Source of the DNA: Bdellovibrionota bacterium
GTDB taxonomy: Bacteria > Bdellovibrionota_C > UBA2361 > JBIKUX01
Reading direction: 5' to 3'
Assembly (NCBI GenBank): GCA_044347345.1
Contig: JBIKUX010000007.1
Coordinates: forward strand, 32,001-96,000
DNA length: 64,000 bases
Shown here: positions 39,593-49,794 of the stretch, piece by piece
Position numbering within the stretch: the stretch's first letter is position 1
How the letters are laid out: each line of letters starts with the position of its first letter
The notes under the pieces: model-generated
The model's database searches: none
The model's input: only the letters and a program-made list of their open reading frames with translations
What the model was told of the DNA's origin: nothing
Program-made: the position numbers and the translations under genes

Positions 39593-42500
39593 CTATAATG
39601 TGGCGGCTACTTCACGAACTTCAAAAACTTCAAGAATATCTCCGACTTTAATATCATTGAAATTTTCAACCCCGATACCACATTCATAGCCACTCTGAAC
39701 TTCTTTAACGTCGTCCTTAAAGCGTCGTAGACTTGACATTCTACCTGTATAAATGAGTCGACCATCACGCACTACACGAACATGCGCACCACGACGAACG
39801 TTACCATCACTAATATAACAACCAGCAATTGTACCAATTTTAGGAACAACAAAAGAATTTCTAACCTCAGCACGCCCAAGCGATACCTCTTCTTTAATTG
39901 GATCTAGGAGACCCACCATGGCCTTCTTAATATCATCTAAAAGCTCATATATAACCCTGTAAAATCTTACCTGAATACCGAGTCTTTCAGCTTCAGCTAA
40001 GGCTCGCACTTCACCGCGCACACCGAATCCTACAACAATAGCTTTTGAGGCAACGGCAAGTTGCACATCATTTTCTGTTACACCGCCTACTCCACCATGA
40101 AGCACCCTAACTCTTACTTTATCGGTACTTAGTGCCAGTAAGGCCGCACTAACGGCTTCAAGAGAGCCATGTACATCAGTCTTAGCAATTACATTTAACT
40201 CTTCTGGCTCCTCGCTGGAAGCGCGTCGAGAAAACTCTTCTAAACTGATTGGACCACTAGCTCGAGCCCGATCAATGACGGCTGCTTTTTCAAGCCTATG
40301 GCTTGCTATTTCGCGAGCCTGCCCTTCTTCAAGCACGATAAAAAAATCATCTCCAGCTTGGGGTGGAGCATTGAACCCAGAAATTTCTACGGGCATTGAG
40401 GGGCCTGCCTCGTCAATACGTTCCCCTCTTTCATTCTCCATTGATCGCACACGGCCGTAATCAGTTCCTGCTACAAAAATATCACCAATTCTTAGAGTTC
40501 CACTCTGGACTAATACAGTTGCAACAGAACCCCGACCACGCTCTTGGCTGGCTTCAACAACTACCCCTCTAGCTCGTCTCTCTGGATTGGCCTTAAGCTC
40601 CCGAATGTCAGCAAGCAATAAAATTCCGTCAATAAGCTCAGCTACGCCATCCCCCTTAAGCGCGGATACTGGAAAGAACATGGTATCACCACCCCAGTCT
40701 TCCGGCTGTAATCCATACTCTGCCAGCTGCTGCTTTACCCGATCTGGATTAGCATCGCGCTTATCCATTTTATTGACTGCTACAACGATAGGTACCTCAG
40801 CCGCTTTAGCGTGATTAATTGCTTCGATAGTTTGAGGCATAACGCCATCATCAGCAGCGACCACCAAAATTACGATATCCGTTACCTTAGCTCCGCGAGC
40901 CCTCATAGAGGTAAATGCCGCATGACCAGGTGTATCGATGAAGGTAACAGCCTTTCCTTCAGCAGTTTTAACTTGATAAGCTCCAATGTGCTGAGTAATG
41001 CCCCCGTGTTCTCGCTCTGCCACGCTACTCTTCCGAATATAATCGAGTAAAGATGTTTTTCCGTGGTCAACGTGACCCATGACAGTAACAACTGGAGGAC
41101 GAGGCAATAACTTTGTTACGTCATCCTCAACTAGCTCCTCTTTAAAGATGTCCTCATCAAAAGCGGTGTTTTCAACTTGATAACCAAATTCATCAGCTAT
41201 TATCGTTGCGGTGTCCCTATCAATAGACTGGTTAATTGTGGCAAGTACACCAAGGGACATTAACTTTTGCATGACCTCACCAGCTTTTAAACTGAGCTGA
41301 CGAGCCAGTTCACCTACAGTTATTGCATCGGCAAGCTTAATTACTCTTTTTGATGCCTTTGGACCTTTAACCTCAGCAACTGAAGCTCCTTTGATTAAAT
41401 CCTTACCTCCTTTACTGCTCTTTAATGATCTAGTTGACCTACGACTCCCCTCTCTTCCATCGTAATCAATCAAATCAATGCGGGATATCTCTCTTTTGCG
41501 CGATTTACCTCGACCTTTCCTAGCAGTTTCGTCGTCTTCATCATCTAAAATTGTAGGCACTCCGATCCGACTGATTGTGCTGGCGTTAGATAAAACAGAA
41601 CTAGAAACAGCACTAGTGGCTACTACACCTGGTGTTGAAGAAGTGCGTTTTGCCTCTACTTTTGCCGCCTTGCGATGAATTGGTAACTCAATTCGGCCAA
41701 GAATCCGTGGGCCTGAAGCTTTAGGAGTTACGCGAGTTCCGATAGTACTTTCTTCCATGTCTAAATTTACACTACTTTTACCTCTAGCTACATGCGCTTC
41801 CTCTTCCTGCTCTTCTTCTATTTCACTTGCTATTTCTTCCGGCTCAACCGTAACCACCAACAACTGTTCGTCCGCAGCAGGCTCCTCATCAAGGTCATCC
41901 GTCGGATCTAGCTCTTCAAATTGACGAACATTAGCTTCATCGACTTGTAACCCAAGTAGTGCGTGATTATCGACTGTAGCACTACCAACCACCTCCAAAT
42001 TATCCGAGGTAGCATCAGCTTCTTCTTCTTCCGGTGTTAACTCATCTTCAGTGAATAAAAAACTAGTTTCCCTCCGCTTACCATCTAATATCTGAAATTC
42101 ATCATGTTGGGCTTCTGGCGCACTAGAGCCACTCATTGTATCAGACTCTTCAACTTTCCCTCTAACTCGAGCGACAAGTTGCTCAACGTCGCTATTTTGA
42201 ACTGCTCCCACTTCAGATAAACTTTTGTCACTTACGTTACCAGCAAACGATTTTGCTAATGCCAACTCATGACGCTCCCCTTCATTAGAGACCACGACAT
42301 ACCCTGCCCCGATTTTTCCGGAAGTTTTCCCAGAATTTACCTCTAAATTACCCTGTTGATTTGGAGTATTCTTTACAGACCCTACACTCTTAAGATCAGA
42401 GTCTTCAGATTCTTTAGATAACGACTCTTTAGGTGAACTGTCACTAATTCCTTTTAATGAACCTGATGCTACTGAGAATTGCCCTCCGCTACTAGTAGCC

Positions 42501-42880
42501 GTGCGTACAGAAACGGTACTGGATTTACTAGAATTGTTATTATTAATGCTACCATCAGTACCGGTACCTTGCCGACGACGGATAATAACGCCACCCGCTC
42601 TTTGCTCAACAAACGTATCCTCACCTCTAGTGACTCTGCGCACTACTGTCCCTTTTTGATCAGGAACACTGACAGCCGCAGACTTTGTAGTACCGTTCGA
42701 TAACGCACCTGTAGCCTGGCGAAGTAGAGCCCGACGCAATGTCTCGACCTGCTTATCATCGAGAGAGTGGGAGTGAGATGTTTTATCTCGATACCCTAAC
42801 TCTTGAGCCTTAACAATAACCACTTTATTGTCGACCCCTAGCTCTTTTGCAAGCTCATAAATTCTCATTCGCGACATCAT
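39593..42880 (-). CDS. infB: Translation initiation factor IF-2
   Basis: RIYELAKELG, MGHVDHGKTSLLD, DTPGH, VNKMD, SLRRFKDDVKEV. Confidence 0.98.
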   Translation of the reverse strand: MMSRMRIYELAKELGVDNKVVIVKAQELGYRDKTSHSHSLDDKQVETLRRALLRQATGALSNGTTKSAAVSVPDQKGTVVRRVTRGEDTFVEQRAGGVIIRRRQGTGTDGSINNNNSSKSSTVSVRTATSSGGQFSVASGSLKGISDSSPKESLSKESEDSDLKSVGSVKNTPNQQGNLEVNSGKTSGKIGAGYVVVSNEGERHELALAKSFAGNVSDKSLSEVGAVQNSDVEQLVARVRGKVEESDTMSGSSAPEAQHDEFQILDGKRRETSFLFTEDELTPEEEEADATSDNLEVVGSATVDNHALLGLQVDEANVRQFEELDPTDDLDEEPAADEQLLVVTVEPEEIASEIEEEQEEEAHVARGKSSVNLDMEESTIGTRVTPKASGPRILGRIELPIHRKAAKVEAKRTSSTPGVVATSAVSSSVLSNASTISRIGVPTILDDEDDETARKGRGKSRKREISRIDLIDYDGREGSRRSTRSLKSSKGGKDLIKGASVAEVKGPKASKRVIKLADAITVGELARQLSLKAGEVMQKLMSLGVLATINQSIDRDTATIIADEFGYQVENTAFDEDIFKEELVEDDVTKLLPRPPVVTVMGHVDHGKTSLLDYIRKSSVAEREHGGITQHIGAYQVKTAEGKAVTFIDTPGHAAFTSMRARGAKVTDIVILVVAADDGVMPQTIEAINHAKAAEVPIVVAVNKMDKRDANPDRVKQQLAEYGLQPEDWGGDTMFFPVSALKGDGVAELIDGILLLADIRELKANPERRARGVVVEASQERGRGSVATVLVQSGTLRIGDIFVAGTDYGRVRSMENERGERIDEAGPSMPVEISGFNAPPQAGDDFFIVLEEGQAREIASHRLEKAAVIDRARASGPISLEEFSRRASSEEPEELNVIAKTDVHGSLEAVSAALLALSTDKVRVRVLHGGVGGVTENDVQLAVASKAIVVGFGVRGEVRALAEAERLGIQVRFYRVIYELLDDIKKAMVGLLDPIKEEVSLGRAEVRNSFVVPKIGTIAGCYISDGNVRRGAHVRVVRDGRLIYTGRMSSLRRFKDDVKEVQSGYECGIGVENFNDIKVGDILEVFEVREVAATL

Positions 42881-43048
42881 TAAATTATCCTACACCGTTA
42901 CAATTTTTAGTTACGGTTTTCTAATTTGTTACACTAGTACATTCCAGGGCTTTAAACGGTATGTTGCATCAACTAACATCAGATTAATGAACATTAACTG
43001 AAAACAACAAAGAAATCATTACCCACTTAATTCATACACTATCTTGCT

Positions 43049-43558
43049 CTAAGAAGCATCCAGGGATCTCAGCTCTTCTACCAGCTTAGCAACAGCTCCG
43101 GATAGCAAACTTTCGGATGGCAGAAAACTCCCAGATTCCTTTTCTACAACTCTAAGCTTCCTCAATCTACGACTAGAATGGCTACGACTACCTATAACTC
43201 TACCTAAAACACGAGTGAGCGCCCTAGAGCCTCGCTTACTACATTCCAACAATCCAATACATGACTCCGTTGGATGAATGTACGCCCCACGACACTGCTC
43301 TGTCATACCACGATCAACAGTAAATATTTTTTTCGCCAGATCCTTATCAGATAAAATTTCAGGTTCTCCTATAGCATTGCTACTATCTTCACTACTATGT
43401 AGACCGCGCCTATAACCAAATACTACTCTAACCAAATTTTTCTTGGGTTCTCGCCTTTGACAGGATATACACATCCTCACAGGCTCGTCACTCTTAATCA
43501 ACTTAGCAGCTTTACTCGAACTTTTTGATATACAGCTCTTTTTATATTTAACTATCAC
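43049..43558 (-). CDS. YlxR/DUF448 RNA-binding protein with insertions
   Basis: PVRMCISC…KKNLVRV…RGAYIH…C; located between nusA and infB. Confidence 0.8.
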   Translation of the reverse strand: MIVKYKKSCISKSSSKAAKLIKSDEPVRMCISCQRREPKKNLVRVVFGYRRGLHSSEDSSNAIGEPEILSDKDLAKKIFTVDRGMTEQCRGAYIHPTESCIGLLECSKRGSRALTRVLGRVIGSRSHSSRRLRKLRVVEKESGSFLPSESLLSGAVAKLVEELRSLDAS

Positions 43559-43697
43559 TTTAAAATGCGCTTTTATATAAAATGAATTGATTTAAATTAA
43601 CAGTAAGTCCCAGCTTTATTTAATTTACGGCCTCATTTAATTCACAGCCTTATTAGGCTCAAATATTTTACTTTTCTCCTCTCCATACCAAATCCTT

Positions 43698-45170
43698 CTA
43701 CCTTAACGGGCTTCGGCGCAAAAACTCCTCAGCCGCCACTCTCACAGCCTCAATCTCTTCAGCAGTAAACCCAGAAAGTTGACTTAACTCTTCATCTCGC
43801 TCTACCAAACCTTGTATGCCGGTAAACCCATTTTCAAGCAACCTTTGCACCAAAGATTTCTCAATACCAAGTCCAGTTAAATCTGTTGTTTCAAGTGGAT
43901 CAACTTCTTCCCCAAGAAGGCCATTTTCACGGAGCTCTTCAACGTGCGCCTTTGCACTCTGAATAATCTGCTGAGCACGCTCGTCGGTCATTCCATGCAA
44001 ACTAGCTATTTCGTCACAGCTCACTTCACTCACCTCTAACGCACTACGAAATCCTTCCTGAAATAGTAATTCCGCTTCCGTAAAAGTTATTCCAGGAATG
44101 CTGTCAAGAGATGCTCTCGCTCTTTTTGACTCTTTTTCAGCTACCGACGCACTAATTACATCAATTTTCCAGCCCGTTAACTTACTTGCAAGCTTAACAT
44201 TTTGTCCCTTACGACCAATAGCTAGTGGAAGCTGATCATCTGCAACGATTACCTCCATAGCGTGAGCCGAATCATCAAGCACGACTCTGTTAACTACCGC
44301 GGGAGCAAGAGATCTCGCCACATAAGATGGCTCATCCGGAGTCCAAGTAACTATATCAATTCGCTCTCCACGAAGCTCCTGACGAACAGCTTGAACTCGT
44401 GTACCCTTTACTCCAACACAGGCTCCTACCGGATCAACTCCGGAATCGTTAGAGTGCACCGCTATTTTAGCTCTATCCCCAGGTTCACGAGCAACAGATT
44501 TAATCTCAATTACCCCTTCTGCCATCTCTGGCACTTCAAGCTCAAAGAGCTTTTTCAAAAATTCAGGATGACTCCGCGTGAGAACTATTTGTGGACCACG
44601 TGCAGTTCGATCTATGTCTAAGATCATACTACGTACTCGGTCACCCTGCCTGTATCGTTCACGCAAAATCTGCTCACGGCGAGGCAATATAGCCTCAGTA
44701 CGACCGAGGTTAACTATCACGTTCCCACGGTCGTACCTTTGAACGATTCCGTTAATGAGTTGCCCTCGAGAATTCTTGAATTCTTCATAAATTACCCCCC
44801 GCTCTGCATCTCGCACCTTTTGGGAGATAACTTGCTTAGCGGTTTGTGCGGCGATTCTGCCAAGAACAGTTGTATCAAGTTGTTGGCCAAATTCGTCGCC
44901 TATCATAGAATCAGGATCATAAACTCTCCTTGCTTCCTCGAGAGATATTTGAGTTCCCGAATCAATAACTGTACTAACTACCGTCCTAAATTGCCGAACC
45001 TCAATATCTCCCGTACTAAAATTAATCTCTACTTCAAGATTAAGACTGTGGCCGAAGTGTTTTTTAGCCGCAGACAGCATGGCAGATTCAACAGCCTCAA
45101 CGAGAACCGCTCTATCTATTCCTTTATCTTTACCTATTTGGGTAATAATCGCATTTAAATCGAACGACAT
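43698..45170 (-). CDS. nusA: Transcription termination/antitermination factor NusA
   Basis: GRIAAQTAKQVI, S1 domain, AREPG, DPVGACVG, AIGRKGQNV, C-terminal HhH repeats. Confidence 0.98.
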   Translation of the reverse strand: MSFDLNAIITQIGKDKGIDRAVLVEAVESAMLSAAKKHFGHSLNLEVEINFSTGDIEVRQFRTVVSTVIDSGTQISLEEARRVYDPDSMIGDEFGQQLDTTVLGRIAAQTAKQVISQKVRDAERGVIYEEFKNSRGQLINGIVQRYDRGNVIVNLGRTEAILPRREQILRERYRQGDRVRSMILDIDRTARGPQIVLTRSHPEFLKKLFELEVPEMAEGVIEIKSVAREPGDRAKIAVHSNDSGVDPVGACVGVKGTRVQAVRQELRGERIDIVTWTPDEPSYVARSLAPAVVNRVVLDDSAHAMEVIVADDQLPLAIGRKGQNVKLASKLTGWKIDVISASVAEKESKRARASLDSIPGITFTEAELLFQEGFRSALEVSEVSCDEIASLHGMTDERAQQIIQSAKAHVEELRENGLLGEEVDPLETTDLTGLGIEKSLVQRLLENGFTGIQGLVERDEELSQLSGFTAEEIEAVRVAAEEFLRRSPLR

Positions 45171-45215
45171 TACTCTTCTTTACCTCTCACTCTTTTGCGA
45201 CTAATTTTTTTTACA

Positions 45216-45773
45216 TCAGAAAACAAAATCCACTCGACACTCCAACACCGAAGATAATTTTATAGATTTCTTTAAACCCTTCGGAAGAATAGTGACAATA
45301 ATTTCATCTACCAATCCGTCCTCATTACTCCTTACCTCATCTAAAAGAGCTCGGCTCTTATATTTTTTAAACTTACCATTTTGCTCTTCATGGTAAGTTA
45401 TATCGATACGCTGACTTACGGCCATAGTAAAGTGCTCAGGTCGTCGAAGTCTTCTGTTAATTCCAGGCGTAGAAACCTCCAGTGTTACCTCACCTGGCAT
45501 TAATGAATCCACCTCTGGATGGTCAAGTATAAGCCGACTAAGCGCTGCACAGTGTTCATGAGTAACTCGTTGTTCATGAGTAACTCGTTGTTCAGGAGTA
45601 ACTCGTTGTTCAGGAGTAATTAGCTCAACACCACTTTTGCCCTCTATAAAAATTCGTAACACTCCGTCAGCTTCGCAAGGGGGTTCAATATCATAGATAA
45701 TGCAACCCACACGGTCAGCCGCTATCGCGACTTCTTGCCAAACATAATCGGAGAGAGAAAAATCCTGAACCAC
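45216..45773 (-). CDS. rimP: Ribosome maturation factor RimP
   Basis: LRIFIE, C..LSR, LEVSTPGINRRL; upstream of nusA. Confidence 0.9.
   Translation of the reverse strand: MVQDFSLSDYVWQEVAIAADRVGCIIYDIEPPCEADGVLRIFIEGKSGVELITPEQRVTPEQRVTHEQRVTHEHCAALSRLILDHPEVDSLMPGEVTLEVSTPGINRRLRRPEHFTMAVSQRIDITYHEEQNGKFKKYKSRALLDEVRSNEDGLVDEIIVTILPKGLKKSIKLSSVLECRVDFVF
45553..45619. repeat. 18-bp in-frame tandem repeat (about 3.7 copies) in rimP
   Basis: TGTTCA(T/G)GAGTAACTCGT, encoding T(P/H)EQRV repeats. Confidence 0.95.
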
Positions 45774-46251
45774 AATACTAACTAAAACTTTTAAATAACA
45801 GCAAACAAAACTATCTAATTTATCTAAAAACTACAGTACTATACCCTTTACACAACCCAGATTCTAGAAATACAGACTCTAGAAATCTAAACCTTAGGAG
45901 AACTGCAATTTATCCAACCAGTAAACATCAAACATAGCTCCAAATTTAGCTGGTTTACCAATCAGCTAAATGCCATCTTTCCAATGCCTTAACATTTTAA
46001 TTAGCAGACCAAGTGCCTAGCTACTCCCTAGTAGCTAGGAAACTCTAAATTTAGCTCCCTGAAAATGTTACTGAAATATGAGTAGTGAGTTACCACTTTA
46101 AAACGAAATACTTAATAATAACATCTTACTAGAGAGGCAAAATGGTGCGTTAGAGACATGAATAAACGAAAACCGTTTACAAAGAATAACTTAGTACTTT
46201 TTTATTGTAAACGGCATATACTTAGCTTTCATACCTTAAAATGACGACAGC

Positions 46252-47043
46252 CTACAAAGCAACCTTAAGAGAAGTAATTGCTTGCAAATCCTCTTTCTCC
46301 CTCCCCTTAGCTGGTACGTTGTCATAAGTTTGACGAATCGTAAACACAAGAGCGAGGTTAGTAGCCAGTGCCGACTCTATTCCTACTTCACCAATCACAA
46401 GATAGTTGTCTGAATTTTCTACATCCATCAACACGCTTGCTGATTGATAAACCTTAGAAGTACAGGAAATAATCCATTCAAATTTATCGCCGATACGAGG
46501 TGCAAGATAGTCGTGAGTTATGCCTCCTTCCCTCTCAAAAACATAAGATGGACCTCCTTCAAGCCTAAAACTAACTGTCGGATTTTTCCAAAAATAGTAT
46601 CCAAATCCTGGATCTAAGGTGAGACGATAATCAACATCAGCTATTTCATCATAAAGAAAGAAGGTTCCAAAACCAGCAAACCAACGCTCGTTGACCAACC
46701 GGTCATAGCGCAACTGAGAACGAAAATCATTTCGATTAGTCTGACCAAACTGGTCAGTCTTGGCATTAGAATCTTCACCGTAGTTATAAGCCGCCATTAA
46801 ATCGTAAATATTGCGATTACTCTCCCGGGTTGCCTTTCCACCTAGATTAAGCACTGTTGTTTCACTGTTTCCCTTAGTAATATTTAAACCAGCACTTATA
46901 CTTTTGTTCCACTGATCTAAAACCTTTTTCGGAGCACAAGGGTCAAGGACAGGGTCGCATGCGGCATGAACTTCTTGAAAACCTAAATGAAGACAAAACA
47001 CTAATAATAAAATGAATCGAACTAAACAGGATGTTTTTAACAT
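46252..47043 (-). CDS. DUF481/YdiY-like outer membrane beta-barrel
   Basis: Signal peptide, GLNITKGNSET, alternating beta strands, YDNVP. Confidence 0.85.
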   Translation of the reverse strand: MLKTSCLVRFILLLVFCLHLGFQEVHAACDPVLDPCAPKKVLDQWNKSISAGLNITKGNSETTVLNLGGKATRESNRNIYDLMAAYNYGEDSNAKTDQFGQTNRNDFRSQLRYDRLVNERWFAGFGTFFLYDEIADVDYRLTLDPGFGYYFWKNPTVSFRLEGGPSYVFEREGGITHDYLAPRIGDKFEWIISCTSKVYQSASVLMDVENSDNYLVIGEVGIESALATNLALVFTIRQTYDNVPAKGREKEDLQAITSLKVAL

Positions 47044-47208
47044 TGAGAGGCCTCATCATGTAAATCAACAATTTTTAATTGCGAGTGAGGCTACTACAAA
47101 TAAAAAAATGGGTCATCTTTTATGTGGACTTTCCCGCTTTTTATTCCCCCTCTTGTAAAGAATTAAGTGAAAAAAAAGATTATGTGCACTAGTAAAAATT
47201 CACGAATC

Positions 47209-48099
47209 TTAAGCTTCAGAGAGTTCACGCTCCAATAACCTAAAATACTGATCGGCACGACCATAAGCAGATGCATATCCTGTATGTGAAGCAAATCGCA
47301 ATAATCGAATTTCACTTCTTGCAGGAAGACTCCGATCAGGATGATATCTCTCCCAGTCACCTCTTTCATAAGCCACAACCAGCTCTCTCGCACTGGCTAT
47401 AATTCTTCTTGCTTCCGAACGTAATTTTTCTTCGGGAGTAAGCTCTCGACCCTCAACAAATACATTAATAATTGGCAAAATACCCCGTTGAGCTAGATAA
47501 CGATTCACTACAATTTGCGGCGAAAAACCAAAATCATTGTGTAACCTGTAATCAATTTTACTTTGGATAAATTTTACCTCGTTAGCCATGGAGATAAACT
47601 GATACCCTAAATGAACCAAGGCAAGTAAATCGCCGACTGAAGCCAATATTGCTGCAGTATGAACCAATGTCACCGACTCAACCGTCATAGCCTCAGCTAT
47701 AAACCGAGCAACCTTGCCAATCATAGTGCCTCTTAAAAGAAGAGCATCGTACCACCACCGCTCTTCACCCTTGAGAGGAAAACCAGTTAACTGGCGATCC
47801 ATGACAGACAAAAATGACTGAAGTCCATTCTCTCCTAGACGGATTACTGATTGCTCAAGCGACGATAACGGTGCTAATCCAGACCCAGAAAGACGATTAG
47901 CCGCACAAAGAAGCTCTAAAGTAAGTACAGGATCATCCAATAAGACTTCGCGTAACTGATTCGGACGTAAATTCTTATTAGACGCTAGAAGGTGCACTCG
48001 TCCTAAAGAATTGGCCGAAGGAGCAAGTGCCCTCTGATAAATCTTAGATAGTGGCTCTTGCTTTTTATTAGGAGAATTAACAGTTAACCGACGCCTCAT
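47209..48099 (-). CDS. HDOD-domain protein
   Basis: DPVLTLELLCAAN, SLEQSVIRLG, AAILASVG. Confidence 0.8.
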   Translation of the reverse strand: MRRRLTVNSPNKKQEPLSKIYQRALAPSANSLGRVHLLASNKNLRPNQLREVLLDDPVLTLELLCAANRLSGSGLAPLSSLEQSVIRLGENGLQSFLSVMDRQLTGFPLKGEERWWYDALLLRGTMIGKVARFIAEAMTVESVTLVHTAAILASVGDLLALVHLGYQFISMANEVKFIQSKIDYRLHNDFGFSPQIVVNRYLAQRGILPIINVFVEGRELTPEEKLRSEARRIIASARELVVAYERGDWERYHPDRSLPARSEIRLLRFASHTGYASAYGRADQYFRLLERELSEA

Positions 48100-48153
48100 T
48101 TTAATAGAGCATCTCAATAAAAAAAAATAAAATCAGCCCTTAGTCACTTACCA

Positions 48154-49665
48154 CTACCACTGCATATGAAATAACCCTGATACATCAATACGGGCAAATG
48201 TATGAGCTCCAAAAAAATCACGCTGAGCCTGGGTTAAATTTTGCGGAAGGCGAGCTGTTCGATAAGAATCAAAATAAGCAAGCGAGGCTGCCAAAGCCGG
48301 AACTGGAATCCCCACCGATGCTCCGTAAGCTACAACTTTTCGTAAAGAACCAACAGTTCGCAAAACTTCCGTCCTCATACTAGGCGCAAGAAGAAGGTTA
48401 GGTATCTCAAGCGTTTGATTAAAAGCGTTCGAAATTTCATCTAAAAAACGCGCTCGTATTATACATCCTCCCCGCCAAATTTTGGCGATGGTGCCGAGAT
48501 TTAGCCCCCATCTCCGAGCGTCTGAAGCTACCCGTAAAAGATAGAGGCCTTGAGCATACGAAAGTATTTTTGCCGCATACAAAGCATCGTGAACTTCATT
48601 GGTGGTAATGTGAAAAGCACCTTCGCTGCCACAATCATTCAATGAATCGCAATTTAAAACTTCACTAGCTAATACTCTCTCTTTTTTTAATGAACTAAGA
48701 ACTCTTGCATCTACTGCTGAAGCTATGGTTGGAATGCTTACTCCTAGTTCAAGGGCTGATATTACTGTCCACTTTCCTGTACCTTTTTGCTCGGCTGCAT
48801 CCAAAATTTTATCAATTAAGTATCCATCGCTACGATCATCACGACAACTAAAAATCTTCGCAGTAATCTCAATTAAAAAACTTTCAAGTACTCCTTCATT
48901 CCATCGACTAAAAATTTCGCTAAGTTGCAAAGGTGTCTGATGAAGACCCCGATGTAAAATATCGTATACTTCAGCAATTAGCTGCATATCTCCGTATTCG
49001 ATACCATTATGCACCATCTTCACAAAATGCCCTGCACCATCTGGTCCCATATATGCAGTACATGGCTCGCCGTGGACTGAGGCAGCTATCCTGGATAATA
49101 AGGGAGACGCTTCTTCCCAAGCTTTTTGCTCGCCACCAGGCATAATACTGGCACCATTGAGTGCTCCTTCTTCTCCTCCAGATATTCCAACGCCTAAAAA
49201 AAAGATTCCCCTTGAACGACACTCCAACTCTCTACGAATAGTATCTTCGTAGTGAGCGTTACCGCCGTCTATCAGTATGTCTCCTTTATCCAAAAGTGGC
49301 ATAATTTGACCAAGAAGCTGATCCACCGGAGCTCCTGCCTTGACCATCATGATAATTTTTCGAGGTCTCTCGATAGCTTGAACAAAACTTTCCAAAGAGT
49401 CGGTATAAATAAAATTACTTTGGGGATGCTGCTTTACAAAATTAGAAGTACGCTCAGTCGTGCGATTGTACACAGCACAAGAAAAGCCGTTTCTTTCGAT
49501 GTTCCGAGCTAAATTTTCACCCATAACGGCAAGACCAATTAAGCCTACAGCCGCTCTAGAACAATTTTTCTTTGCTTCAAACGAAGCATCCTTGTTTACA
49601 TCACCAGCGCCTTTAGTGCGGCTGCTTTTTGACGATGATGTATGCAACTCAATTACTTCGCCCAT
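48154..49665 (-). CDS. gndA: NADP-dependent 6-phosphogluconate dehydrogenase
   Basis: GLAVMG, YNRT, GISGGEEGA, KMVHNGIEY, QKGTGKW, QAQRDFFGAH. Confidence 0.97.
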   Translation of the reverse strand: MGEVIELHTSSSKSSRTKGAGDVNKDASFEAKKNCSRAAVGLIGLAVMGENLARNIERNGFSCAVYNRTTERTSNFVKQHPQSNFIYTDSLESFVQAIERPRKIIMMVKAGAPVDQLLGQIMPLLDKGDILIDGGNAHYEDTIRRELECRSRGIFFLGVGISGGEEGALNGASIMPGGEQKAWEEASPLLSRIAASVHGEPCTAYMGPDGAGHFVKMVHNGIEYGDMQLIAEVYDILHRGLHQTPLQLSEIFSRWNEGVLESFLIEITAKIFSCRDDRSDGYLIDKILDAAEQKGTGKWTVISALELGVSIPTIASAVDARVLSSLKKERVLASEVLNCDSLNDCGSEGAFHITTNEVHDALYAAKILSYAQGLYLLRVASDARRWGLNLGTIAKIWRGGCIIRARFLDEISNAFNQTLEIPNLLLAPSMRTEVLRTVGSLRKVVAYGASVGIPVPALAASLAYFDSYRTARLPQNLTQAQRDFFGAHTFARIDVSGLFHMQW

Positions 49666-49794
49666 TTTTAGTGCTCCTTAAAATTTGCAAGATTTGGGAA
49701 AGATACGCGAAAGGTCGCTTTCTGAAAAGAAGTGACAAAAAAATCCTCTTCCTAAACATGGCCTAGAAAAACAAAACAGAATATAAATCTAACT

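Noticed and set aside
45553-45619. rimP repeat as a mini CRISPR array
   Set aside because: The 18-bp units are contiguous with no spacers and lie in frame within a CDS.
45774-46251. ncRNA in the 480-bp gap upstream of rimP
   Set aside because: AT-rich with only short hairpins; no recognisable riboswitch, tRNA or leader motif.
47100-47146. Terminator or rimP-leader-like hairpin (minus strand AAAAAGCGGG…CCCATTTTTTT)
   Set aside because: The stem is weak with a long loop and lies upstream of the DUF481 gene rather than rimP; not supportable.
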